In this document: piece after piece, positions 31,886 through 42,574 of the stretch
How positions within the stretch are numbered: the first letter of the stretch is position 1
Layout: the number at the start of each line of letters is the position of its first letter
Source: Vulcanimicrobiota bacterium
GTDB taxonomy: Bacteria > Vulcanimicrobiota > Vulcanimicrobiia > Vulcanimicrobiales > Vulcanimicrobiaceae
Reading direction: 5' to 3'
Assembly: GCA_963695225.1 (NCBI GenBank)
Contig: OY968762.1
Span: 2,304,001 to 2,368,000, forward strand
Length of the DNA: 64,000 nucleotides
The notes under the pieces: model-generated
What the model was told of the DNA's origin: nothing
Databases searched by the model: none
Seen by the model: only the letters and a program-made list of their open reading frames with translations
Made by a program: the position numbers and the translations under genes

Positions 31886-34800
31886 ATGCGACCGGTCCGG
31901 ACACTCGCCGCCTCGTTAGCAGCCGTCGCCTTTTTGGCGTTTGCCCTCCCGTTCCCGGCGCGTGCGCAGAGCGCCACTGGAGAGATCGATCTCGAGGTCA
32001 CCGACGCGGCTTCGCTTCTCCCCCTCGCCGACGCGCGGACGGTCCTGCTCGGCGCGCAGACGGCGAGCACGCTGACGAACGGTACCGGCGAGATCAAGTT
32101 CACCGACGTTCCGGTCGGCGTTTATCGCGTGCGCGTCCAACTCCGCGGGTACGACGGTGCGAACACGCGCGAGTTCGACGTTCTACCGGACCGCGCGGTC
32201 CACGTGAAGATCGCGCTCTCGAAGAACGCGGGCCCGGCCTCCGGGAACGCTGCGGGGGCGCCCGGACCGGGCAACCTCCAAGTGATCGGCAGCGTCGTCG
32301 TGCGCTCGAAGGTCTCGATCACGACGACCGATATCAACGCCGACAGCCCCATCCGCCGCCTCTCCGATTCGTTGACCGACGCGCTCGACAAGCTGGGCGG
32401 GGTTTCGGTGACGACCGATACGACCGATCCTTCGAGCCCGGTGCAGATCTCGCTGCACAATCAGGACGAATCCCAGACCGCGCTCACGCTCGACGGCATC
32501 CCCCTCTCGGCCCCGGGCGCGGCCGGCAACCTGCGCGGTATCGGAAGCGATCTGTTCGCGGGATCGTCGGTCAACTTTTCGCCCGCGGCCGGCGGATTGG
32601 CGGGGGGCGTGAATTTCAACACGCTCCAACCCACGCAGGCGCTGCAGGTTCGCGTGAACGGAACGACCGGAACCTTCGATCGTTCGAATTATCAGCTCGC
32701 CACGACCGGTTCCGTGCGGAACCTCGGCTTCGTCTTGGAGCACGCCTGGCGCGGTTCGAACAGCCCGCTGACGTTTCGCGATTACGAAGACCAGAGCGGC
32801 CTCACGTACGTGCACGGCGGCGAATCGACGTCGCTGAGCGATTTGGTGAAGCTGCGCTACTCGCTCGGCGACCAACGGACGAGCATCTCCGCCACGGCGC
32901 TCTCGACGAATCGCAACTCCTCGCCGATCTGCGCGCAGGACGTGACGATCCTGCCGTGCGGGATCGGGCCCGATAATCGAAACTACGGCAGGTACGGCCT
33001 CGCGTTCGCGAGCGTGCAAACCCTGATCGGCAACGTGCAGACGAACTTTTCCGCCTACGCGAACTCCGGGCATCAGACGAGCGACGACCTCAACCGGTAC
33101 GTCCTCGCGTTCGATCCGCTCTCCGGCTCCGATCCCACGGACCCGTCCGCTTACGCGCCCACGCTCGATCCTTCGTTCGCGTTCACGAGCACGCTCGCGC
33201 GTGGAATCGCCTATAGCACGTCGATCGCGCAAGGCAACCATACGCTGACGCTCTCCGGAAACACGTATTCGGCGACGAATGCGTCCACGCCGGTCGTAGG
33301 GTCACAATATGTGACGGCGTTCTCGAACTCGGCGGCCTCGAGCCGGTATCAGTTTGCCGACGCGATCAAATCGAGCGACAAGCTGACGCTCACGCCGAGC
33401 GTCTCGTTCGCCGATACGAGCGGGCTCGGCGGATCGTTCCTGGCCGGAATCAACGCCCAGTGGACGCCGAAGCTGCGCGACGCGTTTTCGTTCTCGGCGA
33501 ACGTCGGCAGTTCGCAGCCGAATCTGAACGCCGTCCGTTCGTTCTCCGATCCCGTCGCGGCGCGCTTCAATTGCGGCGCGCAGACTGCCGTGATATCGGG
33601 CCCGGGGGATACCGGGGACGGAGCGCGGCAATCGGCCACCGCCTTCAACGCGGCCTGGACGCACCGTTTCAACGGCGGCGCGACGCTCTCGCTCAACGCG
33701 TTCTCCCAACTGCAATCGGGGCAATTGATCGGCGCGCTCATCGCGGAGCCGGCCTCGTACTACACCGCTGCGGGACCGGGCTATCTCGACGCGCTCTACG
33801 CCGCGTATCGCTCCCCGACCGTGTGCGGCGTCAGCGCGGCCCTCCCCACCGTGTACGTCCAGGAACAAGTCGGCGACACGCGCCGCCTCTACCAAGGTTT
33901 CGATCTGAGCGGCCGCTTCGAGGTCGCGCCGTACATCGCGCTGATCCCGTCCTATTCGGTCAACTCCGCGGTGCTCGAAGCTGCCGGACCGCGCCTGCAA
34001 GACGGTCCGTCGACGACGATCGTCGGCGCGCAGTTACCGAACCGTCCGGTGCACCGCGGAAATCTCGCCGTCGACGCGCTCTTGCCGCGCGCCGGTCTCG
34101 AACTGCTGGCCAACGCGCAATACGTCGGCGCGAACAATCAGCAGAATCTCGGATCCTACGTCAACCTCAGCCTGGGCGCGTCGCACAAACTCGGCCCCGG
34201 CCAACTCACGCTCTTCGAGAACAACGTCTTCAACACGTACGGCGGCGATTTCGCGACGAATGCGAACGCGCAACCGCTCCCGCTCTCGAACGGAGCGCTT
34301 TATCTCGCCGCCGCGCAGCCGCTGACGCCGCGCACGATCTACCTTTCGTACTCGGCCGCGATCGGGGGGCCGGCGCCCGGGCCCCCGTTCCGGCAGTTCA
34401 CACGCGCGCGCGTCGCGCAAGCGGCGCCGACGCCCGCACCCTCGGCCGAACCGGGGGCGGGAGGCGGGCCCCGTGGGCCGCAGCGCTTCACCTCGAATCC
34501 GCCGCCGCCCGGCGTCGACCCGCTCTCGCTCGCGACGGCTCGCACGACCTGCGATGCCGGTGCGCAATCCGCCGCGAAGCCGCTCTACGACGGCTTGCGG
34601 GCTTACGTCGCGGCGTACGAAGCCGGCGGGAAGCCGGCAGACGTTGCGGGCGTGACGATCGTGCCGCACAAGACGCCGGCGGGCAGCAGCGTCGCATACT
34701 TCCTCGAACTCCGGCCGAACTTTCCGCGGCCGCCGGGCCAGGCGGGGCAGGCCGCCCAGCCGGGTCAAACGCAAGGCGGAAGCGGTTCGCGCGCCCGGGG

Positions 34801-35191
34801 CGGGTTCGGAGGATTCGGCGGTTTCGGCGGACCGCCCGAGGGCCCGCCGGGGGCAGGCGGGCCGGGCGGGCCGCCGCCGGGCGCGGGTGCCCCCGGCGAG
34901 GGGCCGCCGGCCGGCGGCGACGTCGTCGCGGGTTCCTCTTCCTCGCGGCAGTTGACTCCGGAGCAGCAAGCCGCGCGCCGGAACTTCCTGAATTCGCCCG
35001 AGGTCAAGGCGTTTCGCGGCTTCGTCGGCTGCGCGTACGTGACGCTGATCCCGGCGGCCGACGCGAAGGCGAAGGGCATCGTCCTCGAAAGCGGGCGGCC
35101 CGGGCTGATCTATCTCCCGGGGACGGGCCTCGCGTTCGTGCAGGAACTGCAACTCCCGCAAGGCGGGGGAAGCCTCAAGGGCGGCTCGTAG
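31886..35191 (+). CDS. TonB-dependent receptor with an N-terminal carboxypeptidase-regulatory-like domain and a long C-terminal extension
   Basis: Signal peptide (..ARAQS), 'TNGTG..KFTDVPVGVYRV', plug-like 'LTDALDKLGGVSV...LTLDGIP' and barrel strands up to 'PRTIYLSYS'. Confidence 0.75.
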   Translation: MRPVRTLAASLAAVAFLAFALPFPARAQSATGEIDLEVTDAASLLPLADARTVLLGAQTASTLTNGTGEIKFTDVPVGVYRVRVQLRGYDGANTREFDVLPDRAVHVKIALSKNAGPASGNAAGAPGPGNLQVIGSVVVRSKVSITTTDINADSPIRRLSDSLTDALDKLGGVSVTTDTTDPSSPVQISLHNQDESQTALTLDGIPLSAPGAAGNLRGIGSDLFAGSSVNFSPAAGGLAGGVNFNTLQPTQALQVRVNGTTGTFDRSNYQLATTGSVRNLGFVLEHAWRGSNSPLTFRDYEDQSGLTYVHGGESTSLSDLVKLRYSLGDQRTSISATALSTNRNSSPICAQDVTILPCGIGPDNRNYGRYGLAFASVQTLIGNVQTNFSAYANSGHQTSDDLNRYVLAFDPLSGSDPTDPSAYAPTLDPSFAFTSTLARGIAYSTSIAQGNHTLTLSGNTYSATNASTPVVGSQYVTAFSNSAASSRYQFADAIKSSDKLTLTPSVSFADTSGLGGSFLAGINAQWTPKLRDAFSFSANVGSSQPNLNAVRSFSDPVAARFNCGAQTAVISGPGDTGDGARQSATAFNAAWTHRFNGGATLSLNAFSQLQSGQLIGALIAEPASYYTAAGPGYLDALYAAYRSPTVCGVSAALPTVYVQEQVGDTRRLYQGFDLSGRFEVAPYIALIPSYSVNSAVLEAAGPRLQDGPSTTIVGAQLPNRPVHRGNLAVDALLPRAGLELLANAQYVGANNQQNLGSYVNLSLGASHKLGPGQLTLFENNVFNTYGGDFATNANAQPLPLSNGALYLAAAQPLTPRTIYLSYSAAIGGPAPGPPFRQFTRARVAQAAPTPAPSAEPGAGGGPRGPQRFTSNPPPPGVDPLSLATARTTCDAGAQSAAKPLYDGLRAYVAAYEAGGKPADVAGVTIVPHKTPAGSSVAYFLELRPNFPRPPGQAGQAAQPGQTQGGSGSRARGGFGGFGGFGGPPEGPPGAGGPGGPPPGAGAPGEGPPAGGDVVAGSSSSRQLTPEQQAARRNFLNSPEVKAFRGFVGCAYVTLIPAADAKAKGIVLESGRPGLIYLPGTGLAFVQELQLPQGGGSLKGGS

Positions 35192-35195
35192 CGCG

Positions 35196-36203
35196 TCAGG
35201 CGCGCGTTGCGCGCTCGCTATCGAGGAAGCGGAGTTGCGCCTCCGGATACCGCCCGCCGGCCGCGCCCTCGGCGGGGACGGCAGCTTCTAGCCGGCGCGC
35301 GTCGCTCTCGCCCAAACGCACGCTTGCGGCCCCGAGCGCTTCCTGTAAGCGCTCCCGGGTCCGCGCGCCCACCAGGGGGACGATGTCGTCCCCGCGCGAT
35401 AGAACCCAGGCGATCGCGAGTTGCGCGACGGTGGCCTCCTTCTCGCCGGCGATCGCGCGCAAGCGGTCGACGAGCGCGAGATTGCGCTCGAGGTTCTCAC
35501 CGGAGAAGCGCGGCGCTTGCGCGCGGAAGCCTCGCTCCCCCTGCGAGCGCGCCTTGCTCCAGTGTCCGCTGATCAATCCCCGGCACAGCACGCCGTAGGC
35601 CGTGATGCCGATGCCGAGTTCGCGGCACGCCGGCAGGATCTCGCGTTCGATCCCGCGCGTCACGAGCGCGTATTCGATCTGGAGGTCGCAGATCGGATGC
35701 ACTGCCGCCGCGCGCCGAATCGTCTGCGCGCCGACCTCGCTGAGCCCGATGTGCCGGACGTATCCGGCTTCGACCATCTGGGCGATGGCGCCGATCGTCT
35801 CTTCGATCGGCGTCGCCGGGTCCAGGCGGGAGGGCCGGTAGATATCGATGTAGTCGACGCCGAGCCGGCGCAACGTGTACGAGAGCGCCGTCTTCACCGC
35901 GGCGGGGCGCGCGTCGTACCCGATCCAGGCGCCGGCCGGATCGCGCTGCGCGCCGAACTTCACGCTGAGCACGACGTTCTCGCGCTTGCGAACGCGCAGC
36001 GCTTCGCCGATCAGCATCTCGTTGTGGCCCATGCCGTAGAAATCGCCCGTGTCGACGAGCGTGATTCCGGCGTCGAGCGCGGCGTGGAACGTCGCGATGC
36101 TTTCGGCCCGGTCGGCGGTTCCGTAGAAATCGGACATGCCCATCGCGCCGAGCCCGAGTTCGGAGACGACGGGTCCGCCGGCGCCGAGTTTGCGGGTCTT
36201 CAT
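35196..36203 (-). CDS. Aldo/keto reductase
   Basis: 'LGLGAMGMS', 'DTGDFYG', 'GYVRHIGLSE' and 'QLAIAWVL'. Confidence 0.93.
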   Translation of the reverse strand: MKTRKLGAGGPVVSELGLGAMGMSDFYGTADRAESIATFHAALDAGITLVDTGDFYGMGHNEMLIGEALRVRKRENVVLSVKFGAQRDPAGAWIGYDARPAAVKTALSYTLRRLGVDYIDIYRPSRLDPATPIEETIGAIAQMVEAGYVRHIGLSEVGAQTIRRAAAVHPICDLQIEYALVTRGIEREILPACRELGIGITAYGVLCRGLISGHWSKARSQGERGFRAQAPRFSGENLERNLALVDRLRAIAGEKEATVAQLAIAWVLSRGDDIVPLVGARTRERLQEALGAASVRLGESDARRLEAAVPAEGAAGGRYPEAQLRFLDSERATRA

Positions 36204-36406
36204 CGGATGCCGTTCTCCATATCGCATGCGGTGCTTGGAGCGCGTTCCGCGGGGAAGTGCGAGCTCCTCGTAGTGCTGTGCGCCGCGCATTCGCGAAAGC
36301 GCGCGCGAAGAAGAGGGCGGTCGTTCAGGCGAACGTTATAAGCTACGCCGCATCCCGCACGCATGGGGCAAGAGGCTCGGAACCGCGCTCCACGGAACGG
36401 GCCCGC

Positions 36407-37081
36407 ATGAAAGTCAAAGTCACGAAGAACGGCCCGTACCTCGTGTCGGGGAGCGTCCCGCTCCGCGTCGAGTCGATCGACGCCGACGCGCAGGGTGATT
36501 CGATCGCTTGGAAAGAGACGCGCACGTTCGAGGCGCGCGAGAAGTACGCGCTTTGCCGCTGCGGCGAATCGCAGACCAAGCCCTATTGCGACGGAACGCA
36601 TGCGAAGATCGGTTTCGACGGAACGGAAACGGCGTCGAAGGCTCCCTTCGAAGCCCTAGCGGAACGGCTCGAAGGTCCGACGCTCGTGCTGCACGATGCA
36701 GAATCGCTCTGCGCGTTCGCGCGCTTCTGCGACGTTGCCGGTTCCGTCTGGAAGCTGGTCGGCGAGAGCGACGACCGGCAGTCGCGCATCCTCGCGATCC
36801 GCGAAGCGGAACGCTGCCCTTCGGGGCGGCTCGTGATGCACGACGCCCGCAGCGGAACGGCCTTCGAACCGGTACTCGAGAAATCGATCGGGCTGATCGA
36901 AGATCCGGTCAAGGAATGCAGCGGCCCCATCTGGGTGCGCGGCGGAATCGAGGTCGTCGCCGAAGACGGCACCTCGTATCCCTCGCGCAACCGCCAGACG
37001 CTTTGCAGGTGCGGGCAATCGCAGAACAAGCCGTTTTGCGACGGAACGCACGCCGAATCCGGGTTCGCCGACGGACTGTAG
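36407..37081 (+). CDS. CDGSH iron-sulfur domain protein (two CDGSH domains and a central ferredoxin-like segment)
   Basis: LCRCGES.TKPYCDGTH and LCRCGQS.NKPFCDGTH, with a central CxxxxxC...CPSG. Confidence 0.9.
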   Translation: MKVKVTKNGPYLVSGSVPLRVESIDADAQGDSIAWKETRTFEAREKYALCRCGESQTKPYCDGTHAKIGFDGTETASKAPFEALAERLEGPTLVLHDAESLCAFARFCDVAGSVWKLVGESDDRQSRILAIREAERCPSGRLVMHDARSGTAFEPVLEKSIGLIEDPVKECSGPIWVRGGIEVVAEDGTSYPSRNRQTLCRCGQSQNKPFCDGTHAESGFADGL

Positions 37082-37105
37082 CCTTCTCGGGTTGCCCCGC
37101 GAGCT

Positions 37106-37834
37106 TCAGGTGTGAATCAGTCGCGCTAGCGAAAATGCGACGATGCTCGCGAGCGCGCCGATCGCCATCGTCTGCAGGCCGCTGACGAGCAGCGGCGTCG
37201 ACGTCATCTTCGCCTTTCCGATTCCGAAGACGAACAGCGCGATCAGCGTGACTACGACGGAAATCCCGAGCGCTTGCATCGCGTCCTTTGCGAAGAAATA
37301 CGGGAGCAGCGGGATGATTCCGCCGATCACGTACGACGCGCCGATCGTCGCCGCGCTGAACGGCGCGCGCCTCACGTTGGGCTGCTCGAGCCCGAGTTCG
37401 TAGCGCATCATGAAGTTGACCCAGCGCTGGCGGTCCGACGCGATGTCATCGACGACTTCATGCAGATGCGGTCCGTACAACCCGATGCCGCTGAGGATGT
37501 CGCGAACCTCGGTTCGCTCTTCTTCCGGGGCGGTTTCGGTCTCGCGCAACTCGCGACTGTACGCGCTGCGGTAATGTTCCAATTCGGTTTGCGCCGCGAG
37601 ATAACCGCCGAGGCCCATTGCGATCGCGCCTGCGGCGATCTCCGCGACGCCCGCGGTGATGACGAGGCTCGAAGACCCGTGCGCTGCCGTGACGCCGGCC
37701 GCGAGCGCAAAAGGGACCGTCAAGCCGTCGGCCATTCCGAGCACGACGTCGCGTACGAACTCATTCGTTCCGGCGCGGTGCTGGGCCGGTGCGCTCGAGC
37801 GCCGCTCGATCGTATCGATCGTCATCGCATTCAA
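37106..37834 (-). CDS. VIT1/CCC1-family iron/manganese exporter
   Basis: 'RDVVLGMADGL', 'AGAIAMGLGGYL' and 'MMRYELG'. Confidence 0.92.
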   Translation of the reverse strand: MNAMTIDTIERRSSAPAQHRAGTNEFVRDVVLGMADGLTVPFALAAGVTAAHGSSSLVITAGVAEIAAGAIAMGLGGYLAAQTELEHYRSAYSRELRETETAPEEERTEVRDILSGIGLYGPHLHEVVDDIASDRQRWVNFMMRYELGLEQPNVRRAPFSAATIGASYVIGGIIPLLPYFFAKDAMQALGISVVVTLIALFVFGIGKAKMTSTPLLVSGLQTMAIGALASIVAFSLARLIHT

Positions 37835-38107
37835 TCATACGGCGTGCGTGCGGAATTGCAATCTAGTGTATTCTACACCCGTGTAAATGAGGGATAGCGC
37901 GGCGCTGCGCGCGCTCGCGCAAGAGCTTCGCGCGATGCGTGAAATCGCGCGCTAGGTTGAACGAATGCGCGCGTTGCAATCGCGAAGCATTCGCGTGCGT
38001 CCAACCTCGGTGACGTAAGCGCGCTTGCAGCGCGGCGGCGCGCGGCGTGCTAGGGTTACCGTGCGGAACGGCACCGAACCGCTGCGCAACGAGTCTAAGG
38101 AGATGCG

Positions 38108-38782
38108 ATGAACGATGGGATCCTGCAGCTAGCTCGAGGAGCGACGAGGTTCATTCTCGCGTTTGCGTTAGTAGCCGGTGTTAGCCTGGCGGCGCAGGCT
38201 CCCCGCGCGAATGCCGGCGACGCCGCGAAGTCGCACGGGCGGGAGAGCGTCGTTCTCGCCGGCGGGTGTTTCTGGGGCATGGAAGCCGTCTTCGGAGCGC
38301 TCGCGGGCGTCGAAAGCGTGGTTCCCGGGTATTCCGGCGGGGATCGAGCATCGGCCCATTACGAGATCGTGAGCACCGGGGCGACGGGTCACGCGGAATC
38401 GGTCGAAATCGTCTACGACCCGGCGCGCATCTCGTTCCGCCGCCTCCTCGACGTCTTCTTCTTGGTCGCGCACGATCCGACGCAGCGCGACCGGCAAGGG
38501 CCGGACGTCGGCCGCCAGTATCGGTCGGCGATCTTCTATCGTACGGAGGAACAGCGCGCCGTCGCGACCGCATACGTGCGCGCCCTGGACGAAGGCAAGA
38601 CGCTCGCGGCGCCCGTGGCGACGAGCATCGAGCCGCTGCGCGCGTTCTACCCGGCGGAAGAGTACCACCGGCACTACGTCGCGCGCCATCCGGCCGATCC
38701 TTACGTCGCGTTCAACGACCTTCCGAAGCTCGCGCGTCTGCGCGAACGCTTCCCCGGACTCGTCGCGAACGCCCCGAACTAG
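38108..38782 (+). CDS. msrA: Peptide-methionine (S)-S-oxide reductase, exported
   Basis: GGCFWG, GHAESV, HDPTQ.DRQG.D.G.QYRS and FYPAEEYH, with an N-terminal signal peptide. Confidence 0.95.
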   Translation: MNDGILQLARGATRFILAFALVAGVSLAAQAPRANAGDAAKSHGRESVVLAGGCFWGMEAVFGALAGVESVVPGYSGGDRASAHYEIVSTGATGHAESVEIVYDPARISFRRLLDVFFLVAHDPTQRDRQGPDVGRQYRSAIFYRTEEQRAVATAYVRALDEGKTLAAPVATSIEPLRAFYPAEEYHRHYVARHPADPYVAFNDLPKLARLRERFPGLVANAPN

Positions 38783-38798
38783 AGCGTTTCGAGGCGCG

Positions 38799-40076
38799 CT
38801 ACGCGGGCGTGGGCTGAGGTCCGGGGAACTTGTTTTCGTCGACCGGACTATCCGTGATGATCGGGATGATCAACGCGACGAACAGGACGAACGCGAGCGG
38901 GAGCAGGATCGCGGAATAGGTCCCGGTCATTTCCTTGACCGTCGAGGCGAACCACGGGCCGACGACGGCCGCCGCCCCCCAGGCCGTGAGGTTCAGACCG
39001 TAGTTCGCCGCGAGGTTCCGCAGGCCGAAGAAGTCCGCGTTGAAGGCCGGCATGACGCCGAACGCGCCGCCGTAGCACGAAAGAATCAACGAGAACATCC
39101 CGAGGACCGCGACCGTCGAGTGCACGTTGTCGATCAACATGAACGAGAACGCTTGCACCAGGAATAGGAGAACGAGGGTTCCCCGGCGCCCCGCGCGATC
39201 GGAGATCGCGCCCCAGAAGAAGCAGCCGAGGCCGTTGAAGACGGCCAGGATCGCGTACAGGCCTTCCACCGTCCCGGTCGAGAGCACGGTCATTTCGGAG
39301 ATGATCGGCACGACGTTCGAGATGACGGCGATTCCGGCGACGCAGTTGAGAAACAAGATCAGCCAGAGCAGATAGAACTGCGGGTTCGCGGCCGTCTGGG
39401 CGAGCGGCATTTCGCGCGGCATCACGTTCGCATCCGTGAATTCAGCCGGCGGCCGCTGCAAGAACGAGGCTGCGGACACGCCTACGGCTGCGAACGCGGC
39501 GCCCGAGAACATGAAGATGTGCATGAGATCGTGGACGAGCGGCGGGCTCATGAGGGGCGTGCGCGGGCCGAGGTAGGCAGTCGCCGCGAGTTGCACGGCG
39601 TGGAAGGCGGACCACTGCTGGAGAAGTTGGTCGTAGTAGACGGCACCCAAGCCGAAGCCCATCGCGACGAGCCCTCCGCCCATGCCGCGGCGCTGGGGGA
39701 ACCAAGAGATCGCAGCCGTCAGGGCCGCGATCGTGACCATCCCGGCACCGAAACCGCCGATGACGCCGTAAGAGAAATAGAAGTACGGAAGGCCGAATCG
39801 CTCCGTGCCGAGACCGGCGAGCACGTTGCCCGCCGCCCAGAGCAGCGTCCCGGTGACGGCGACGCGGCGCGAGTGGGAGCGGACGAGCCATAGCCCGCCG
39901 GCGACCGCGCCGAAGCCCAGGCAGAGATTCGCGATCGCGAAGCCCCAGGTCGTCGTGACGCTGTTCCACCCGAACGAAGCCGCGAGCGGTTGCGCGAGAA
40001 GGCTGTACGAGTACAGCGTCCCCGGCCCCAGCATCGTGAGGATCGCCGCAAGTGCAACGGGAAGGCGCTTGTTCAC
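38799..40076 (-). CDS. MFS transporter, oxalate/formate antiporter-like
   Basis: About 12 hydrophobic segments, 'WFPQRRG', 'GAISDRAGRR' and 'DFFG.RN..ANYG'. Confidence 0.85.
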   Translation of the reverse strand: MNKRLPVALAAILTMLGPGTLYSYSLLAQPLAASFGWNSVTTTWGFAIANLCLGFGAVAGGLWLVRSHSRRVAVTGTLLWAAGNVLAGLGTERFGLPYFYFSYGVIGGFGAGMVTIAALTAAISWFPQRRGMGGGLVAMGFGLGAVYYDQLLQQWSAFHAVQLAATAYLGPRTPLMSPPLVHDLMHIFMFSGAAFAAVGVSAASFLQRPPAEFTDANVMPREMPLAQTAANPQFYLLWLILFLNCVAGIAVISNVVPIISEMTVLSTGTVEGLYAILAVFNGLGCFFWGAISDRAGRRGTLVLLFLVQAFSFMLIDNVHSTVAVLGMFSLILSCYGGAFGVMPAFNADFFGLRNLAANYGLNLTAWGAAAVVGPWFASTVKEMTGTYSAILLPLAFVLFVALIIPIITDSPVDENKFPGPQPTPA

Positions 40077-40279
40077 GCGATGGCTCTCCGATGGTTCCGG
40101 AAATGGAGGCGCGGCCCCGGGTGCGGGACCTGCTTCTCGCTCTATCGGCTTCCGGCGCGGCCGAATTGAGTCGCGTGACGGGCCGCACAGCGGGGCCCGG
40201 CGAGCCGGAAGGCGCGAACGTTAACGATCCGTCCGGGTCTGCCGATGGATGAAGTAGAAACGAGGTCGCCGGCTTCGCC

Positions 40280-42565
40280 GTGACCTCATTCTCTACGAAA
40301 GCAGTCGAGAGAAGGTACATGGCCGCTGCATCACCCGGCATCGACAAGCAACACAAGAGCCGCTCCCTGTTTTCCACGCTCGGATTGCTTGCCGGCATCC
40401 TCCTCTTTACGGTCGCCATCTTCGGGATCGCGCTCGAGAACGGCATCATTTCCAAGAAGATGTCCGACGACCTCAAGCTGGAGAACGTGGTCGGGCGCCA
40501 GCGCATGTTGCTCGTCGCGATGCAGCGCGACCTGCTCCAAATCGACTCGCTGCGCCTTGCGGGCACCAATGCCGCCCCCGTCGTCGTCTCGCTCACGGAC
40601 GACGCGGCTGCGTTCGACCGCACGCTGACCGCGCTTGCGAGCGGCGGGCCGGCGCTGGAGAGCCCAGGCTCCGAGATCCGCCTCGACGCGCTGCCCAGCG
40701 ACGCCGAACTGGCGTCCGTCCGCGCCTTGCACGACGAGTGGCAGCCGCTCGCAAAGGCGATCGCCGACGTCGGCCGGACGAACGGAGCGCCGAACGAGTT
40801 ACGCTCCGCGCAAGCCGTCGCGGCTCGCGCCACGCCTACGCTGGTCCAGCACGCGGAAGACCTGCTTTCGGCGGTCGAAGCCGGTGCGAACCGAGTCCTC
40901 GTCGATGCGGTCGGAACCCGCAACATCCTCTCGGGATTCGCGATCCTCTGCTTCGTGCTGATCGTCTTCAGCCTGTATTCGCAAGTCAGCGAGGGCCGCA
41001 AACGCAGCGTGGCGTATGCCGCCAAACTCGAAAGCCTCGTCGCCGACGTCTCGACGAATGCGCGCGAGCTCGCGGCCGCCAAACAAGGCGCCGACACGAT
41101 CATGCAAACGGTCCGCCAGGGCCTATTCCTGATCACGCCGCAGTTCCGCATCGAACCGGAATACTCGCGCGAGCTAGAGTCGATCTTCCGGCTTCAAGAG
41201 CTCGCCGGCTACAATTTCTTCAACATTCTGCAGCGCATTCTGACCGAGCGCATGTTCAACACGGCCAGAGACTACGTAACGATGTTGTTCTCGCCGGCGA
41301 AGAAAGAGCGGACCCTGCAGAAGATCAATCCGCTCGAAGAAGTCGAAGTCAACTTCTCGAACGCGGACGGCGGGTTCATATCGAAATACTTGAGCTTCTC
41401 GTTCCGGCGAGTCGTGACCGACGGGCAGATCAGCAGCGTCTTCGTCGCCGTCACCGACGTGACGGAGCGCGTTCAACTCGAACGGCAGCTGCGCGAATCC
41501 GAGCAGAAGAAAGAGCGGCAGTTCGAGCTGCTGCTCGGCATCCTGCACGTCGACCCCCGCGCGCTCGAAGATTTCCTCGCGACGGCGCAAGCGCAGTTGC
41601 GCGACATGAACGACGCGCTCCGCGCGCAGGATTTCGCGACGTCGTCCTCCGGACAGATGGAGCTGCTTCGCCAGCGCTTGGATACGGTCTTCCGTTGCGT
41701 TCACAACATCAAGGGAAACGCGGCTCTGCTCAAGCTCGACTATTTCGTCAAGACTGCCGAACAGTTCGAAACGAAGATCGCCGAGCTCAAGAGTCGCGCG
41801 GCGCTTGGCGGAGACGACTTCCTGGCCGTGGTGATCTCCCAATCGGCCTTGCGGTCGGACGTCGAAGAACTGCAAGAATTGCGCGACAAGCTGATCGGGA
41901 TGCGCGGCAATTCGACCGCGCCGATGGCGACGGGGATTCTCGCGGTTCCGGCACGGCGGGGTTCGTCGCTCCCCACGTTCATCGGCGAGGACGATTTGGT
42001 CGGGTCGATCCGGTCCTTGGCGGATTCGATCGCCGGCAAACTCGGCAAGGAAGTGCGCGTCGAAGCGGAGGCCTTCGACACGCGGCTCGTCCCCGACGAC
42101 CGGCGCCGGGCTATCAAGGACGTCTTGACGCAACTCACGCGCAACAGCCTCGCCCACGGGATCGAAGATCCGGGAATTCGCGAGGCCGCGAGCAAACCGG
42201 CGATGGGGACGATCAGCATTCGACGCGTCCCCGACGCGAACGCCGGCACGTTCCGATTCACGTTCCGGGACGACGGCGTCGGTCTCGAACCGCAGCGGAT
42301 TCGCGCGCGCGCGATCGAGCAGAATCTCCTCGACCGCGATCAAGCGGCCGGCTTCGACGACTCTGCCATCGTCGGCGTGATCTTCGCTCCGGGCTTCACG
42401 ACCGCTAAGGAATCGACGGGTGATGCGGGCCGGGGCCTCGGGCTGGATACCGTCAAGCGGCGGATCGTCGACGAGTGCGGTGGCGAGATATCCATCCGCT
42501 CCGATCCGGGACGCTACTGCGAATTCGAGTTCGCGCTCCCGGTTGCGGCGATGGCCGCACTGTAG
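40280..42565 (+). CDS. Membrane-anchored CheA-like (class III) histidine kinase: NarX/PilJ-like sensor, PAS-like, Hpt and HATPase; no CheW
   Basis: Two TM segments around 'NVVGRQRML'. Hpt 'FRCVHNIKG' and CheA-type 'RNSLAHGIE', 'DDGVGL', 'FAPGFTT', 'GRGLGL'. Confidence 0.85.
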   Translation: MTSFSTKAVERRYMAAASPGIDKQHKSRSLFSTLGLLAGILLFTVAIFGIALENGIISKKMSDDLKLENVVGRQRMLLVAMQRDLLQIDSLRLAGTNAAPVVVSLTDDAAAFDRTLTALASGGPALESPGSEIRLDALPSDAELASVRALHDEWQPLAKAIADVGRTNGAPNELRSAQAVAARATPTLVQHAEDLLSAVEAGANRVLVDAVGTRNILSGFAILCFVLIVFSLYSQVSEGRKRSVAYAAKLESLVADVSTNARELAAAKQGADTIMQTVRQGLFLITPQFRIEPEYSRELESIFRLQELAGYNFFNILQRILTERMFNTARDYVTMLFSPAKKERTLQKINPLEEVEVNFSNADGGFISKYLSFSFRRVVTDGQISSVFVAVTDVTERVQLERQLRESEQKKERQFELLLGILHVDPRALEDFLATAQAQLRDMNDALRAQDFATSSSGQMELLRQRLDTVFRCVHNIKGNAALLKLDYFVKTAEQFETKIAELKSRAALGGDDFLAVVISQSALRSDVEELQELRDKLIGMRGNSTAPMATGILAVPARRGSSLPTFIGEDDLVGSIRSLADSIAGKLGKEVRVEAEAFDTRLVPDDRRRAIKDVLTQLTRNSLAHGIEDPGIREAASKPAMGTISIRRVPDANAGTFRFTFRDDGVGLEPQRIRARAIEQNLLDRDQAAGFDDSAIVGVIFAPGFTTAKESTGDAGRGLGLDTVKRRIVDECGGEISIRSDPGRYCEFEFALPVAAMAAL

Positions 42566-42574
42566 AGGGAAGCC

